Positions 27,015 through 40,929 of a DNA stretch of 64,000 nucleotides are shown piece after piece (position 1 is the first letter of the stretch; every line of letters starts with the position of its first letter). Origin of the DNA: the human T2T-CHM13v2.0 reference genome, Homo sapiens; NCBI RefSeq assembly GCF_009914755.1, contig NC_060938.1. One strand, given 5' to 3'. The position numbers were made by a program, and so were the translations under genes. The notes under the pieces are model-generated. The model was not told where the DNA came from. It made no database searches and saw only the letters and a list, made by a program, of their open reading frames with translations.

Positions 27015-27240
27015 CCCGCTGATTTTTTCTAAAATTTCCAATCTACTATGAATCCTCAATTTTGTAGAATAAACAAAAATGAATTATTAGAAAAGAGTTA
27101 AAAATAACAGGCATATAAAATACAAGCTCAACTTTTTTGTTATTATGTCATAAAACTATTCCATCATATTGCTATGAAGGTTTCTAAACAATTGCTCTCC
27201 ATTTCTTCCCTTGTCCACAAACCAGCACGGGTTTGAGTCT
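27015..27240. mobile_element. hAT-Charlie fragment (Charlie4a-like)
   Basis: ATTGCTATGAAGGTTTCTAAAC...CTCTCCATTTCT resembles the recalled consensus. Confidence 0.45.
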
Positions 27241-27991
27241 CCCTGCTCTAGCTCAAGGTCTTAGCTATTTACTTAACCACTCAGAGCCTTGACCTGTTGT
27301 TTCTGCAAGATGGAAGAACAGTCATTACCTCAGCTGGTCAATGATGTCCCACATCTATATAATTCCAGGGACTCATTCCTGATTCTCCCTTAAGTTCTGA
27401 AAATATTTCAAAGACAGTAAAATAATGCTGAACTTCTGAGGAGGGTATTTGTTTGCATTTCTTACTGCTGATCTGGAACTACCTAATATTAAAGCACCTT
27501 GGAGAGTAATGAAAGAAATACACAAGAGAAGAAGAGGCAAACACTGGTGGGTCACTCACTGTCTCAGGGCTTCCTTTGTGGAACCAATAGGTATTTTGAA
27601 AAGCATCCTGAAAACATGTCAAAGGTCTAAGGATTGTTATCATTGGGGCTGGTGAGTCATGGCCCAGACAGACAGTAATACAGGTGCCCAATCGGCTGCT
27701 GTCTATCCAAAACATGCCACTGGACTGTGAGGGAGGCAACCCTTAAAATGGTGTGAAATAGAAAAAGAGGACAAACTTGTCTGCAGCACTCAGGAGGCTC
27801 AGGGAATTAACCAGGAGGGAACAGTAGCCCGGTTAAAATAGTTTCTGTACTTCCAGAGGAAGCAATTAAATCTCAGCGTCTACCATGGCAAAAGACCGAT
27901 TGTACTTGAGGAACAAAATCGGGGATGATCATCCTTTAGTGGCGGGAAGCTGGAAAATGAGGTAGGACATATAGGGTGATGGGCAGGACTC

Positions 27992-28343
27992 TGCTATGGA
28001 CTGAATATTTGTGTCTCCCTCACCAAATTTATAAGTTGAAACCTAAATCCCCAATGTCATGGTATTTGGAGGTGGGGCCTCCAGAAGTTTTTATATCATT
28101 ATGGTGGAGCCCTCTTGAATGGGATTAGAGCCCTTATAAGAAAAGACATGACAGAGATGCTCTCTCTCTGGTTTCTGCCATGTGGGGATACAAAGAGAAG
28201 ATGGCTATTTCTAATCCAGGAAGAGGGCCCTCACTAGACACTGGATCTGCTGACTTCTGAGCCTCCAGAATTGTGAGAGATAAATTTCTGTTATTGAAGC
28301 TACCCAGTCCATAGTGGTTTGTTATAGCAGCCTAAACTAAGAC
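27992..28343 (+). mobile_element. MaLR solo LTR (MLT1A-like)
   Basis: TGCTATGGACTGAAT...GGAGGTGGGGCC...GCCTCCAGAATTGTGAGAGATAAATTTCTG...GCAGCCTAAACTAAGAC. Confidence 0.88.
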
Positions 28344-28361
28344 TCTATTCCACCAGAAGCA

Positions 28362-28790
28362 ATTTTTAAAATAGCTTTATTGACATATAATTGGCATCCA
28401 ATACACTTCATGTGTTTACAATATAAAATTTAATATGCGTTGACACAGGCACACACCTACAAAACCATCACAACAATCAACCATCACCGGCACATCCATC
28501 ACCACCAAAAAGTTTCCCAGTGCCCCTTTATCATCCCTGCCTCCCTGCTCTTCCTTCCCTACCCACAAGATAAGCACTGACCTCCTTTCTTTCATTATAT
28601 ATTTGTTTGCATTTTCTATAATTTTATATAAATGGAAACATGCAGTATATATGCTTTTTGAGGATGGGGGGGGTCTGGCTTCTTTAATTCAACATAATTA
28701 TTTTGAGAATCATTCATGTTGTGGTATGTATCAATTGTTCATTCTTTTATATTGCTGAGTAAGTAGTTTTTCACTTATAGCAATTTTACA
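28362..28790 (-). mobile_element. L1MB-type 3' end
   Basis: AGCTTTATTGACATATAATT...TTTTATATAAATGGAA...TCTGGCTTCTTT...ATTGCTGAGTA. Confidence 0.8.
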
Positions 28791-29702
28791 TCTCAAGCAA
28801 GGTTACCCTGGGACTAAAATTTTGAGGTGTTAAGGAAAGTTTATAAAAAATGTGGGCTTTCCCTTAGAGCAGAGCTTGCTGCTGCTATCTTGGGAAATAA
28901 ACCTTTTCTTTGGTCTCAAAATTAAGGACAGTTAATTAAAGAAAAAATAGTCATTTAATATTCTTTAATGATAAAAAGAATTTTGTAATTCCCAGGGACT
29001 GTGGGCTGTGAGGAGAGAGAAAGAGGCTTGAGAAACCAGAAACCATCATTTGCATCCAAGGTAAATCTCAACCCATTCTGATTCTCAGTTTCCTATTGTT
29101 TGTTTCTGCACTTGTGGTAGTAAATGCACTGAAGAGAATGTTACTATTCCAGTCTTGATTTTGCTTTTGGAATCACTAGAAGGGAAGACTACTCTGCACT
29201 GCAATTATATCATTCATTCGTGCATTCATTCATTCAGTCACCATACATGTATCAGTGTCTTCTCTATGCTTGACATCACACTGGGGATAAAGAGACAGAT
29301 CTAAGGCTTATGGGAAGACTCGGTTCCTGCTTTCACAGAGTTATGGGGTATGCAGGTATCAAGGCTGCAGAGTTTTACAACAGACTGACAGTAAATGAGA
29401 GATCAAAGAGATGACAGACAGGTCAAGATGGTGCTGAGGCTCTCAAGTTCCCATCATGGAGACTAGAAGACAGGATTGAATATGGATATGGTGACAGAGG
29501 AAGGATTCTGACTCATAGACTATTAGAAAACACAGGCCCCATTGGCAATAACAGAGAATGCAACCCCCAACTCCCCCAAAGGAGCGGTGGGGAAGACTGG
29601 AAGATGTAGAGGCATATGGAGCATGGCTCCTGTCTCCAAACACTAGCCTTGAATGTGCACATTGTTGTTTGCACTACCAAAAAGTAAAGAAACCTATTTT
29701 CC

Positions 29703-30003
29703 TTTTTTTTGTTTTTTTCTTTTTTTAAGACAAGGTCTCACTCTGTCGCCCAAGCTAGGGTGCAGTGGCGTGATCACAGCTCACTGCAGCTTTGACCTCC
29801 CAGATTCAAGTGATCCTCCCACCTCAGCCTCCTGAGTAGTTGGGACCACAGGTGTGTGCCACCACTCCTAGCTAATATTTTAAAATTTTTGTCTATAGAG
29901 ATGGAGTCTCCCTATGTTGCCCAGGCTAGGCTTGAACTCCTGGCCTCAAGTGATCCTCCTGCCTTGGCCTCCTAAAGTGCTGGGATTACAGACACACCCA
30001 GCC
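29703..30003 (-). mobile_element. AluJ-like element
   Basis: GATCACAGCTCACTGCAGC; TSD AACCTATTTT. Confidence 0.92.
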
Positions 30004-30766
30004 TAGAACCTATTTTTATAAATAGGTGGCAGTAGTCTACAGAAGTTTCCTTTTAAAAAGTGTGTTTGTTCCCAATCCATCTGTCATAAAGTTACACTAA
30101 AAGAGCACAAAGGGAAAATAGCAGGACACAAAATTGAATGAGTAAGGTGAGGATTATAATAAAAAATACAAACAACCTATTGCTTAGGAGGAAGGGGATC
30201 TAGTGGAGAAATGCCCAAAGAAATACCAGAAAAGCTAAACATCACCTTTTTGTGTCTTCTTCAAAATTTCTTTAGTGAGCATTTTCCTATTCGAGTTTTC
30301 AAGAATTATTTTGAAACATATCCTTTATGGGAAGTCATGGATTCTCAGCAGAAGGAAACCAAAATCACCAATCTGAATTTGCCTGCAGTCTAGAGAGAAG
30401 CCTAGAACCAGGGAGGGGGCTTCAGGGAAGCCAGTGGCAAAGGAAGGGTAGGACTTTGCCAAGGGGTTTTTGCAGCCTGAGAACTATACCCTGAGGTGCA
30501 GAGTGAAGAAGTGCAGATAGGAGGGACTGGAGTTCAACGGGAGAGCAGCACACAGGCAGGTGTGAGTAGTAGCCTTAGAAGGGCCAGGACCAATAAGGCC
30601 AAGGACATGGCTGGGCAGCCATGAGAAAGCAATTTCTTTAGACCTCAGGATCCTTGTCTTCCAAATGGAAAAGGAGCACTGGGTGATCTTTAAGATCCCT
30701 TTTAACATACAGGAATTTGAATTGTATAATTCATGCCAATATATATCTATTGAAGACCTCAGCTGA

Positions 30767-30898
30767 GATTCTCCAACCTCAGCCTCCCAACTGGCTGGGA
30801 CTATAGGCGTGTCCCACCACACCCAGCTAATGTTTTTTATTTTTTTGTATAGATGAGGTCTCACTATGTTGCCCAGGCTAGCCTCGAACTTCTTGGCT
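30767..30898 (-). mobile_element. Internal Alu fragment lacking both ends
   Basis: Spans only the middle A-rich linker and adjacent arms; no tail, no head, no clear TSD. Confidence 0.88.
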
Positions 30899-31037
30899 AT
30901 GTCTGAAGCACAGTGGGTCAGCAACTACAAACCTCCTCTCCAGTTAGCTCACATCAATCCAAAAATATTGAATATCGGTTACTCAATATATAGTGATGTA
31001 TATTTTCTAGAAAAAGAGTTGTGTTGTGCAAAAGTAA

Positions 31038-31382
<345 letters not shown>

Positions 31383-32219
31383 AAACCTGTGTCTTTTATA
31401 ATGTTCCAATCTACTCTGATTAAGGACGTTGGAAAAGGGATTCTCTAAGGGTCATGGAATGGAAACTAACACATGCCTCAAAGGGGAGATGCCAAGACAT
31501 GGAGGAAAAACCTAGTACCCTCATGGACGTTACTGTCAGAAGGGGTGTCCTTGTCTTACTCCCAGAACTGTCTCCAGTCACCACTGTTGACTAAAGTTAG
31601 AGGTGAGCTGCTGTCTCTTGGTGAGGAATGTGAAAACTCATGCACAGATAGGTGGAGCAGGAAGTTGGGGGAAGGTCAGAAAGAAAACAAAAGGGTTTCC
31701 TGGGATGAGTCACTGCCTTTCTGGGAAACCATTTCAGAAGCCACCGTGAAGTCCCCAACACCTGTCCAAGCCCTATACTTTGTGCTCAAATGAAGTGTGG
31801 CAAACAAAGTTCTGAGCCACATCTGACAGCCCACAGGCCACATGGAGGGCAGAGGTGTGAGAAAGAGCTGTGTGAGGCCAGCACACGTGACAATCTGCAC
31901 ATCGCCTACCAGAGTCTCCAGAGCTCACTTTTCAGTGGACTGAAGGCTCTTAGTTCAAATTATCCTCTTCTTTAAATGGAGCACACTTTATGCTATTGTT
32001 TCCTGCAATGGCCACAGCTTGGATTTTCAGATAAAGTTTTTAAGTGTAGAAGGCTTACTGAATCTAGAGGAAAAAAACAAATCTGACCATAATCCTGAGT
32101 CTACAAAGTAAAATGGGAATTGGTGGATCCCACATGAGATGAATTCCATTTGTTAATTTATGTTGATCTGGAAACAAAACCAACTTTTATCTCTTCATCC
32201 ACTAAAAGGGATGTGTGCA

Positions 32220-33260
32220 ACAAACTGGAGAAAGTCAACCAAGACATAGGAAGACACGGGTGCCAGAACACAGGGCATCCAACCCAGGAGAGCAGGAGAG
32301 AGGAATTCCAGAATGATGGCAAGGAGAACACGGTGGCCCTGGAGAACCACCTCTCCCAAATACGGGCAGGACAGGGGCCTTTAGGAGGGCTGTCTCAGTG
32401 AAAGAGGGAATAATGTTTGCGCATGGATCAGGACGTGATGCACAGTTCTGTCAGGGAGCTTTGCGTGCAAAACCAACCAACTAAGCCAATTAAAACAAAA
32501 ATAAATCAATTATTCATTCCAGAGGTAAAGAGTTACATAAGAGAGAACAAGTAATCTTAGCACAGTACATGGCTCAGCGTGAATGATCGTCACATACTTC
32601 CAGAAATGTGACCACCGAAATATTGGTTTCATCCACATCATAAAACAGTGCTATAACCATATCTGGAGCAAGGGAGGAAGGGGAGAGTGACAGAAAGGGG
32701 GATGCAAACACAAGAAAACTAACTCCTCATCTGCCTCAGCAGAAAGTTAGTGCATAATATCCAAACCTGCAAAATCAAGAAATAGCAGCATAAGCATGTT
32801 GTTTAGAAGGTTTTCGGATTTGGAAGCAGTTGCCTCAGGGGTACAGAATCAGGTATGAAGCAGGGTAGCCACGGCAAATGTTTCTTGATGTAACATTTGT
32901 AGTGCTGTTTTGACTTTTTCTTTTTCTTTCTTTCAAGAGAACGTTTCTCTCTGTCGCTCAGGCTGGAGTGCAGTAGTGCAATCATGACCCACTTCAGCCT
33001 CCGCCTCCCAGGCCTTTAAGTGATTCTCCTGCCTCAGCCTCCCAAGTGGCTGGGACTATGGTGTGTACCACCATACTTAGCTAATATTTTGATTTTTTAT
33101 AAAGACTGTGTCTCACTACATTGCCTGGGTTGGTTGCAAACTCCTGGGCTCAAGCAATCCTCTTGCCTCAGCCTCCCAAAGTGCTGTGATTGCAGGTGTG
33201 AGTTACTGCACTGGACTGTTTTGACTTTTTAAACTATGTACATATATTGTTATAACTGTT
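32220..33260 (+). mobile_element. HAL1-like element, interrupted by an Alu
   Basis: TACATGGCTCAGCGTGAAT...AAAATCAAGAAATAGCAGCATAAGCATGTT...CAGTTGCCTCAGGGG...TTTGACTTTTTAAACTATGTACAT. Confidence 0.65.
32920..33216 (-). mobile_element. AluJ-like element
   Basis: TSD TGTTTTGACTTTT. Confidence 0.9.
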
Positions 33261-33458
33261 AAGGGTATAGTTGAGAAGATAGGTTTTTTTTTTCTCTTTG
33301 AACCAATGCAAAAAAAAAAAAAGAAGAAAAGAAAGCATGTTACCAAAATTATAAGTTGTATGAAACCACATTTTTACCTATTACATACATAGAAAAATAT
33401 CTAAAATAACATATACCAAGGTGTTAACAATGACTACCTCTAAGTGATAGAATTATGA

Positions 33459-33789
<331 letters not shown>

Positions 33790-34077
33790 TATTCTATTTT
33801 TTAATACATATATTAACTCTGTGAAAAACAAGAAAATTAATAAAGCTTTTAAAATGAAAAGGAAGACTAAGAACAGCAGAAGAAAAAAATAAACAATAGT
33901 GGATCTGAGTCCAGAAATCAGGCCCTGCTACTTCCTAGTTTTTTTATACTTGGCTGATTCTTATCCTTTTTGGACTTTAGATTCCTCAATTTTAAAGTGG
34001 CAATACTGTTATCTATTCTCTTTCCTGTGAGGGGTTATTGCGATATTGCACAAACCTGCCCAGATATAAACATACTA

Positions 34078-34398
34078 GGCCAGACGCAGTGGCTCATGCC
34101 TGTAATCCCAGTACTTTGGGAAGCCGAGGCAGGTGGATTGCTTGAGCCTAGGAGTTCGAGCCCAGGAGTTGGAGACCAGCCTAGGCAACACGGCAAAACC
34201 CTGTCTCTACAAAATATTTTAAAAATTAGCTGGGCGTAGTGACACACACCTGTGTCCCAGCTACTGGGGAGGCTGAGGTGGGAGGATCGCTTGAGCCCAG
34301 GATGCAGAAGTTCCAGTGAGCTGTGATTGTGTCACTGCACTCCAACCTGGACAACAGAGTGGGACCCTGTCTCAAAAACAAAAACAAACAAACAAAAC
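34078..34398 (+). mobile_element. AluJ-like element
   Basis: TSD CAGATATAAACATACTA; small internal duplication GAGCC(T/C)AGGAGTT. Confidence 0.93.
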
Positions 34399-35664
34399 AG
34401 ATATAAACATACTAGATAGGACAAGGGGCATGAGAAGAACACACAAAATGGGGGAGTCTCTGTACTTCGCATACCTTCAACGGCATCATGGCCCTTCTTC
34501 CCTAGGGGTGTTCACTCACTGGTCACACTCCTTCAGCCCACCTCAGGGAAATCCCTCCAAAGCTCCTTCACGCACGAGCTCGCTAGAGATTGAAATTCAA
34601 GGACTCTTCCCTTGTGCCTCTTCTTGTTTCTTGACTTTCAGGGGCAGCCTTGCTGAATCAGATCTTCTACACCCGCCTTATGCAGAAAGCTTGCTTTTAC
34701 TGGGATATACTGACTTGCCCCTACCTCCTCCCAGGCCCATTCCTCTCAACTACAGTCACCTACCAAGCTAGCATTTTTGGGATTTTGCACAGGGCCTGGG
34801 GGAGAGAGAGAGAGAGAGCCTCTAAGGTGTGTCCCTCCAAAGACATCTCCAAGAATGAGAGACCTTAGTCCTGAGGACAGTTTCCTTAGAACTAGGTTGC
34901 TTTGAAAGGCTGAAGATTCACAACCAGAATACAGGAGAGACTTCAAAGTTTGCAGGGGGAGGTGAGTGTATTTAAAAATTAATCAACTTTCATCCAAAGC
35001 TTTGGAATGCAGCAGTGTCCCCTCAGCCAAATTGTAAAGCCTGAACCACCAACTGATGCTATGACTTCATTCTCACCATCAAAGCCACTTGCCCTGACAA
35101 AGAAGTGCTCCAAGAAGAATCCTGAACTGGGAGTTATTAGAGTACACAACCCACAGCCTTATCTCTAACTCTGCTAGCCATGCAATCTTGCGAAGTCATT
35201 TAACTTCTTTGTGTCTTTTCCTTATCTACAAAATAAGGCAGTCACTATGCTGGTTTCATGCTAAAGGACTCGTCCTCTTCTGCAGGCGTGCTCACAACTT
35301 CCGCCATCTGTGGTTCCTTTGATGTTTTCGAGAGTTTCTCCTCATTCTCCTGTCTATTCTCATTTTTCCTTCCTCACCTGTCTCTGTATCTCTCAGTCAT
35401 TTGGCCCAATTTTAAAGGCACAGGATCAACATACCCCTGAACAAAAAGAGAGGAGAGCTGCCTTTGCCTCCCCAGCTACCAAACCCCATAGCTCTCGTCT
35501 TCCCCCATGGAGTGCTGGTCTTCCAGCTGTCCCCCAGCAGCAAGCTTCCTGGAAGCACAAGCCACTGACACATACGGAGTAAAAGATGCCCAGGGGCTGC
35601 CCAGGTGCCCTTGATAGAGTAACAAGATTTTTTTTGTGTGCGGGGTTGAGGGGGGGCGGGTAAT

Positions 35665-36057
35665 TGTGTTAGTCTGTTTTGCATTGCTGTTAAGGAATAC
35701 CTGAGACTGCGTAATTTATAATGAAAAGAGATTTATTTGGCTCACAGTTCTGCAGACTGTACAGGAAGCACGGCACAAGCATATGCTTCTGGTGAGGCCT
35801 CAGGAAGCTTCCAATCATGGCGGAAGAGAAGACGTGTTATGTGATGAGAGGTAGCAAGAGAGAGAGGAGAAGGTGCCAGGCTGTTTTAAACAACCAGCTC
35901 TCCTGTGAACTCACAGACTGGGAACACTCTCAATACCATGGGGAGGGCACCAAGCCATTCATGAGGGATCACACACCTCCCTCCAGGCCCTACCTCTAAC
36001 ACTGGGATCACATTTCAACATGAGATCTGGAGGGGACAAACATCAAAACCATATCCA
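35665..36057 (-). mobile_element. MaLR solo LTR (MSTB-like)
   Basis: TGTGTTAGTCTGTTTTGCATTGCT...GGTGAGGCCTCAGGAAGCTTCCAATCATGGCGGAAG...CAAAACCATATC. Confidence 0.88.
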
Positions 36058-36225
36058 ATCTCAAGGGCCCTTTTTTTGCCCAGTAAAGATTATTAAGAGC
36101 TACTTTAATTTTTAAAACTTAATCTTCAATCTATGTAAATTACTAATTTAAAATCTTAGGTTCTGCCTTAGGATTTTAAGTTTAATATAGAAATATTATT
36201 ACTCTTTATAAATATAACAATTGTT

Positions 36226-36447
36226 GGGGGGAGGGATAGCATTGGGAGATATACCTAATGCTAGATGACGAGTTAGTGGGTGCAGCGCACCAGCATGGCA
36301 CATGTATACATATGTAACTAACCTGCACAATGTGCACATGTACCCTAAAACTTAAAGTATAATATAAAAAAAGAAAAAGAAAAGTAGAAACAGGTGAGAT
36401 TTATTATAATAAAACATTTTATTTAACCAGAAAAAAATATATATATA
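36226..36447 (+). mobile_element. 5'-truncated L1PA2-type 3' end with a 3' transduction
   Basis: Near-perfect L1 3' UTR 36226-36363 with GAG (not ACA/ACG) and CTTAAAGT; A-tail 36364-36383; extra 47 bp; second A/(TA) tail; 19-bp TSD with one mismatch. Confidence 0.9.
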
Positions 36448-36479
36448 TATAAATATGACAATTGTTAACAATCACTTTT

Positions 36480-36778
36480 TTTTTTTTTTTTTTTTTGAGA
36501 CAGAGTCTCCCTCTGTTGCCCAGGCTGGAGTACAGTGGCACGATCTCGACTCACTGCAATCTCCACTTCCCAGGTTCTAAGCAATTCTCCTGCCTCAGCC
36601 TCTGGAGTAGCTAGGATTACAGGTGCCCACAGCCATGCCTGGCTAATTTTGTATTTTTGGTAGAGATGGGGTTTCACCATGTTGGCCAGGCTGGTCTCAA
36701 ACTCCTGACCTCAGGTGATCCACCCTCCTCGGCCTCCCAAAGTGTTGGGATTACAGGCGTGAGCCACAGTGCCCGGCC
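36480..36778 (-). mobile_element. Alu (AluSx/Sq-like)
   Basis: TSD AACAATCACTTTT at 36467 and 36779. Confidence 0.95.
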
Positions 36779-37467
36779 AACAATCACTTTTAAGAGGGCT
36801 TTTTAATTAAATGTTAGGTCCCATTTATAAATTTAGTTTATAAAACTCATTCAAATATTTTATATCGTTTATATATTTAATATATTTTATTTCTCTCATG
36901 TCAGTTGTCTAAAAACTTCTTATAGCTCTAACAAATTAAGCTTTAAAATGTGAAAAACCATATTCTCTCAAGAATCCCAATACTGATCGCAATTTTAGAA
37001 TGTCTTTTAATTTAAAATTAGAAAACTAAATCAATTTCTTAATTACATATTTTGTTTGGCATCAAAAGGATGATTGTTATTCTAATGGGTCAGTTTCCCT
37101 TAAATATTACAAATACTTAAAAAACCAAATGTGTATAACAAAAATATTATGAATTTGATTCTCTTAAACATTTCTTCATTTTTTTCTAAATTTTTGCAGG
37201 ATTAAAAATGCTTACCCCATAAGGAAACAATCACGTCATTTTAAACACTCTTGGGTTACCTTCCCAAGCAATTTTGTGGGTTCCATCTCAGCTATATTAG
37301 GTTTGCTACCAATCTCAGATCCCTGCCTCTATCCCGCTGTAGTGTTCAGGCCTGTTTCTGAGTTGCCTTGTCTCATAGCCTTCCTCCCATCCTGATGCTT
37401 TTCTCCCAAATCACCACTTGGTTGATTTCAACTAATGTATAATACTTGCTGCTCCATTCTGTTCTGA

Positions 37468-37748
37468 TTTTTCTTTCTTTTTCTTTTTTTTTAAGACAGA
37501 GTTTCGCTCTTGTTGCCCAGACTGGAGTGCAGCGGCGCAATCTTGGCTAACTGCAACCTCCGCCTCCCAGCTTAAAACAATTTTCATGCCTCAGCCTCCT
37601 GAGTAGCTGGGATTACAAGTATGCGCCACCATGCCCAGCTAATTTTGGATTTTTAATAGAGATGGGGTTTCACCATGTGGGTCAGGCTGGTCTCGAACTC
37701 CTGACCTCAGGTGATCCACCTGCCTCAACCTTCCAAAGGGCTGGGATT
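37468..37748 (-). mobile_element. Alu (AluSp/Sq-like), slightly 5' truncated
   Basis: GAGTTTCGCTCTTGTTGCCCAG...GCTGGGATT. Confidence 0.92.
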
Positions 37749-38180
37749 CCAATTTATTTTTCTATTCATCCTATTGGCACCACAGTGCTTACAGACATTT
37801 CAATGCCATCCTAAGGAATTCCTCACTGAGATTTGTCTAACTCAGTTTTGTTTTCACAGTTCCAAGTTCATGCCGCTGTTGGGTAGAAGAAGGCAGGGAG
37901 AGAAGACAGAGTAGGTAAAGAGCATTTCCATTTCTGAGTGGCTTTCCCCATGGCACCCTCCTGTCAATAAGGATCAGGGGACCAAGCACAGAATGTATCA
38001 CTGCCCCTGCACTCTTTCTCCATCATGGGGTCATCACAGTCGCCTCTCATCTGCCTGACCTCAGGATTTTCCCTGCAGAGTCCTGAAGACTTTACCAGGG
38101 GCCAGGCAACCCAAGAAACAGTTTACCAAGCCAAAGGTCAGTGAGTGATTTTGCTCATGCTCTCACATTCTCTCCATCGT

Positions 38181-38207
38181 TCTCTCTCTCTCTCACACAC
38201 ACACACG

Positions 38208-38246
<39 letters not shown>
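38181..38246 (+). repeat. (CT)n(CA)n microsatellite
   Basis: Visible directly. Confidence 0.97.
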
Positions 38247-38248
<2 letters not shown>

Positions 38249-38749
38249 CCCTAATCCTCTGTGGCTCCAAACACAGGCTCAAAATTATTCCTGTCAACCT
38301 TTGTGAGGTCAGGCACTTCCTAAGCAGATGCTGCTAATTCTATCATATCCTTCAGCTGTCGGCAATGACGTTGCCTAGCCTATTTCCTTTTTGGTCTGCT
38401 TTTATAGCACTCTTACTTGAATATCAAATAGCTTTTTGTACCAAGGCAGCCAAGTTGAACGTCTAGTTTAAAACAGACAATTTTGGGGGTGGGGGAATAA
38501 TTTTGTATAAACATAATAGCCTTAGGCAAGTCTCCTTCTTCCAACCAGAGGCTGTTGTGGTGCAGTGAAAGAGCACTGGACACGGAGGGGGAGATGTGGG
38601 CCCCATTTCAATAGCTGCTACAAACTCTGCCTTTTGGGCCTAATTCTGTGAGCATCAGTTCCTTCACCTGTGATATCACTGACACGGACATGGGAGCAAT
38701 TGCTAAAGTCATTGCCAAGAGTAGATTTAAAAGCACATGAAACACTAGA

Positions 38750-39475
38750 AGTCTTTTCTTCTGTGGCCTCCAGTATCTCACATGCTCCTAGTTTCCTTTA
38801 GTCTCACCGCCTGGTCCTCCTCAGTCTCTTTGCTGGTTCCTCTCCTCTCCCCAACCTCTGAATATTGGGCTCAACCCTTGGACTTCTGCTTTCCTTCTCT
38901 CCTTGCTCCACTGGTGATCTTATCCAGTCGCATGGGTTTTAATATCATCTGTAGGCTGATGACTCCCACATTCACATCTCCAGCCCAGGATTCTCTGAAT
39001 TCCAAGCTCATACTTCTACCAGCCTATTCATCATCTCAACTTGGGTGCCAAATATGCACCTCAAACTATACATTCTAAACCTGCTCGCCTGCAGTCTTTC
39101 CTAGTTTAGCTCATGGCAATTTCATCCTTCTGGTTGATTGGATCCAAAATCATAGAGTCATTCATGACTCATCTCTTTCATACCTCCCATCCTTCCATTC
39201 CATCACCAACTTTGAGTTCTATCTTCAAAAGATAATGTAAATTAGACTGTTTTTGCATCACCAACTACTGCCCTGAGGCAAGACAACATGAAATCTCACC
39301 TAGATTCTTGCTGGAGTTTCCTAAGTGGTATCCTTGGTTCTGCCCTCACTCCCTTCCACTCTCCTCGGTCTGTTTTCAAACAGCAGATGCAGTGATCGTG
39401 TTAAACTACACATTAGATCATGTCACTCCTCTCCTCAAAACCCTCCAATTTCTACCCATCACATTCAAGGAAATT
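38750..39475 (+). mobile_element. L2 with a degenerate reverse-transcriptase region
   Basis: TAG GCT GAT GAC TCC CAC ATT reads *ADDSHI, a decayed YADD motif, near 38952. Confidence 0.8.
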
Positions 39476-39564
39476 ACTGTTATGTATCACTTACTATAAA
39501 ATGAGGATCACGATAATACCTACTTCATAGAGTTGTTGTGAGGATTTAAAAAGTCAGTATATGT

Positions 39565-39891
<327 letters not shown>

Positions 39892-40929
39892 TTACAGTTG
39901 AGGAAACTGCATTACAGAGAGATTAAATAAATAAGCTCCCCAAAGTCACATAGCTAGGGAATGGTAGAACCAGGCTTCTGCTGCAGGCACTTGGCCTCCA
40001 TGCCCTGTTCTTTCGCTACACTGCCTCATCAGTAAGCCTTCTTCCAGGACACGCTCTACATGCTGAATAGTACCCCCATCATATGGAGGGAAAATTAATT
40101 TACTTGACCAATTCCTCACAAAGTCCTCTGATCATTCCAAGGGCTCTAACTTAAGCTAACAAATTCATTTACTCAACAAATACTATTGAACGACAAGGTA
40201 CTAGGCATTGAAGACACACCAATGAACAACCAAAAAATGGACACAAAGTTCTGTCTTCATGGAGTTTACATTCTGTTAAAAGTACTTTTTATAATGGAAG
40301 CATCACTAGAGACCTGACTTGCCTACTGAGTAATTGCTTTTCTCTGCCGAGGTGAACAGGCTCAGCTTCATTCATTTGGCGCATCTTGTGGCCAAAGCAC
40401 TTGGCTAACATCTGTGGGAGGAACAGAAATGATTCAGACATGGACTTTGCTCAGGGAAGGTTGTATATTACGATGTGCCTGGGTATCTCAGCAGCAGTAC
40501 TTGTTGAACATGTTCCTGGGTCTGTCCTGTGCTCTCTCATTTAACATCTAAGCTCCCTAAGGGGGAAGAACATTCTTGTGGTTTCCTTTTTCTCTGCCCA
40601 CAGAGCCTAGAAGAGTGCTTTAAATACTTTGGCTTTGCAGTTTATGTTCTTTATTGAGTACCAACTTTTAGAAAGATTCCTCAAAAATCTATTTGGCCAT
40701 AAATTTTGCTCCCCACTCTTCTGTCTTTGATACCACATTTATTCCATCAGCAGACAAAAGAGAACTAAGACTATAAGAGCTACCTCTTATAATTGTTAAT
40801 ATTTTCATTGTCCTTTCCCTAATTAATTTTAACTATTTTAACCATTTAGCCACTTGGATGGAGGAACCCTGGTAGTCTACGGAATAGTCACGTCAAAGAC
40901 TGATTGCCCCCCACCACCCCCAGCCAACA

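Noticed and set aside
36790-37200. AT-rich stretch with faint similarity to a hAT transposase dimerisation region on the minus strand
   Set aside because: It is too degenerate to call without a Dfam search.
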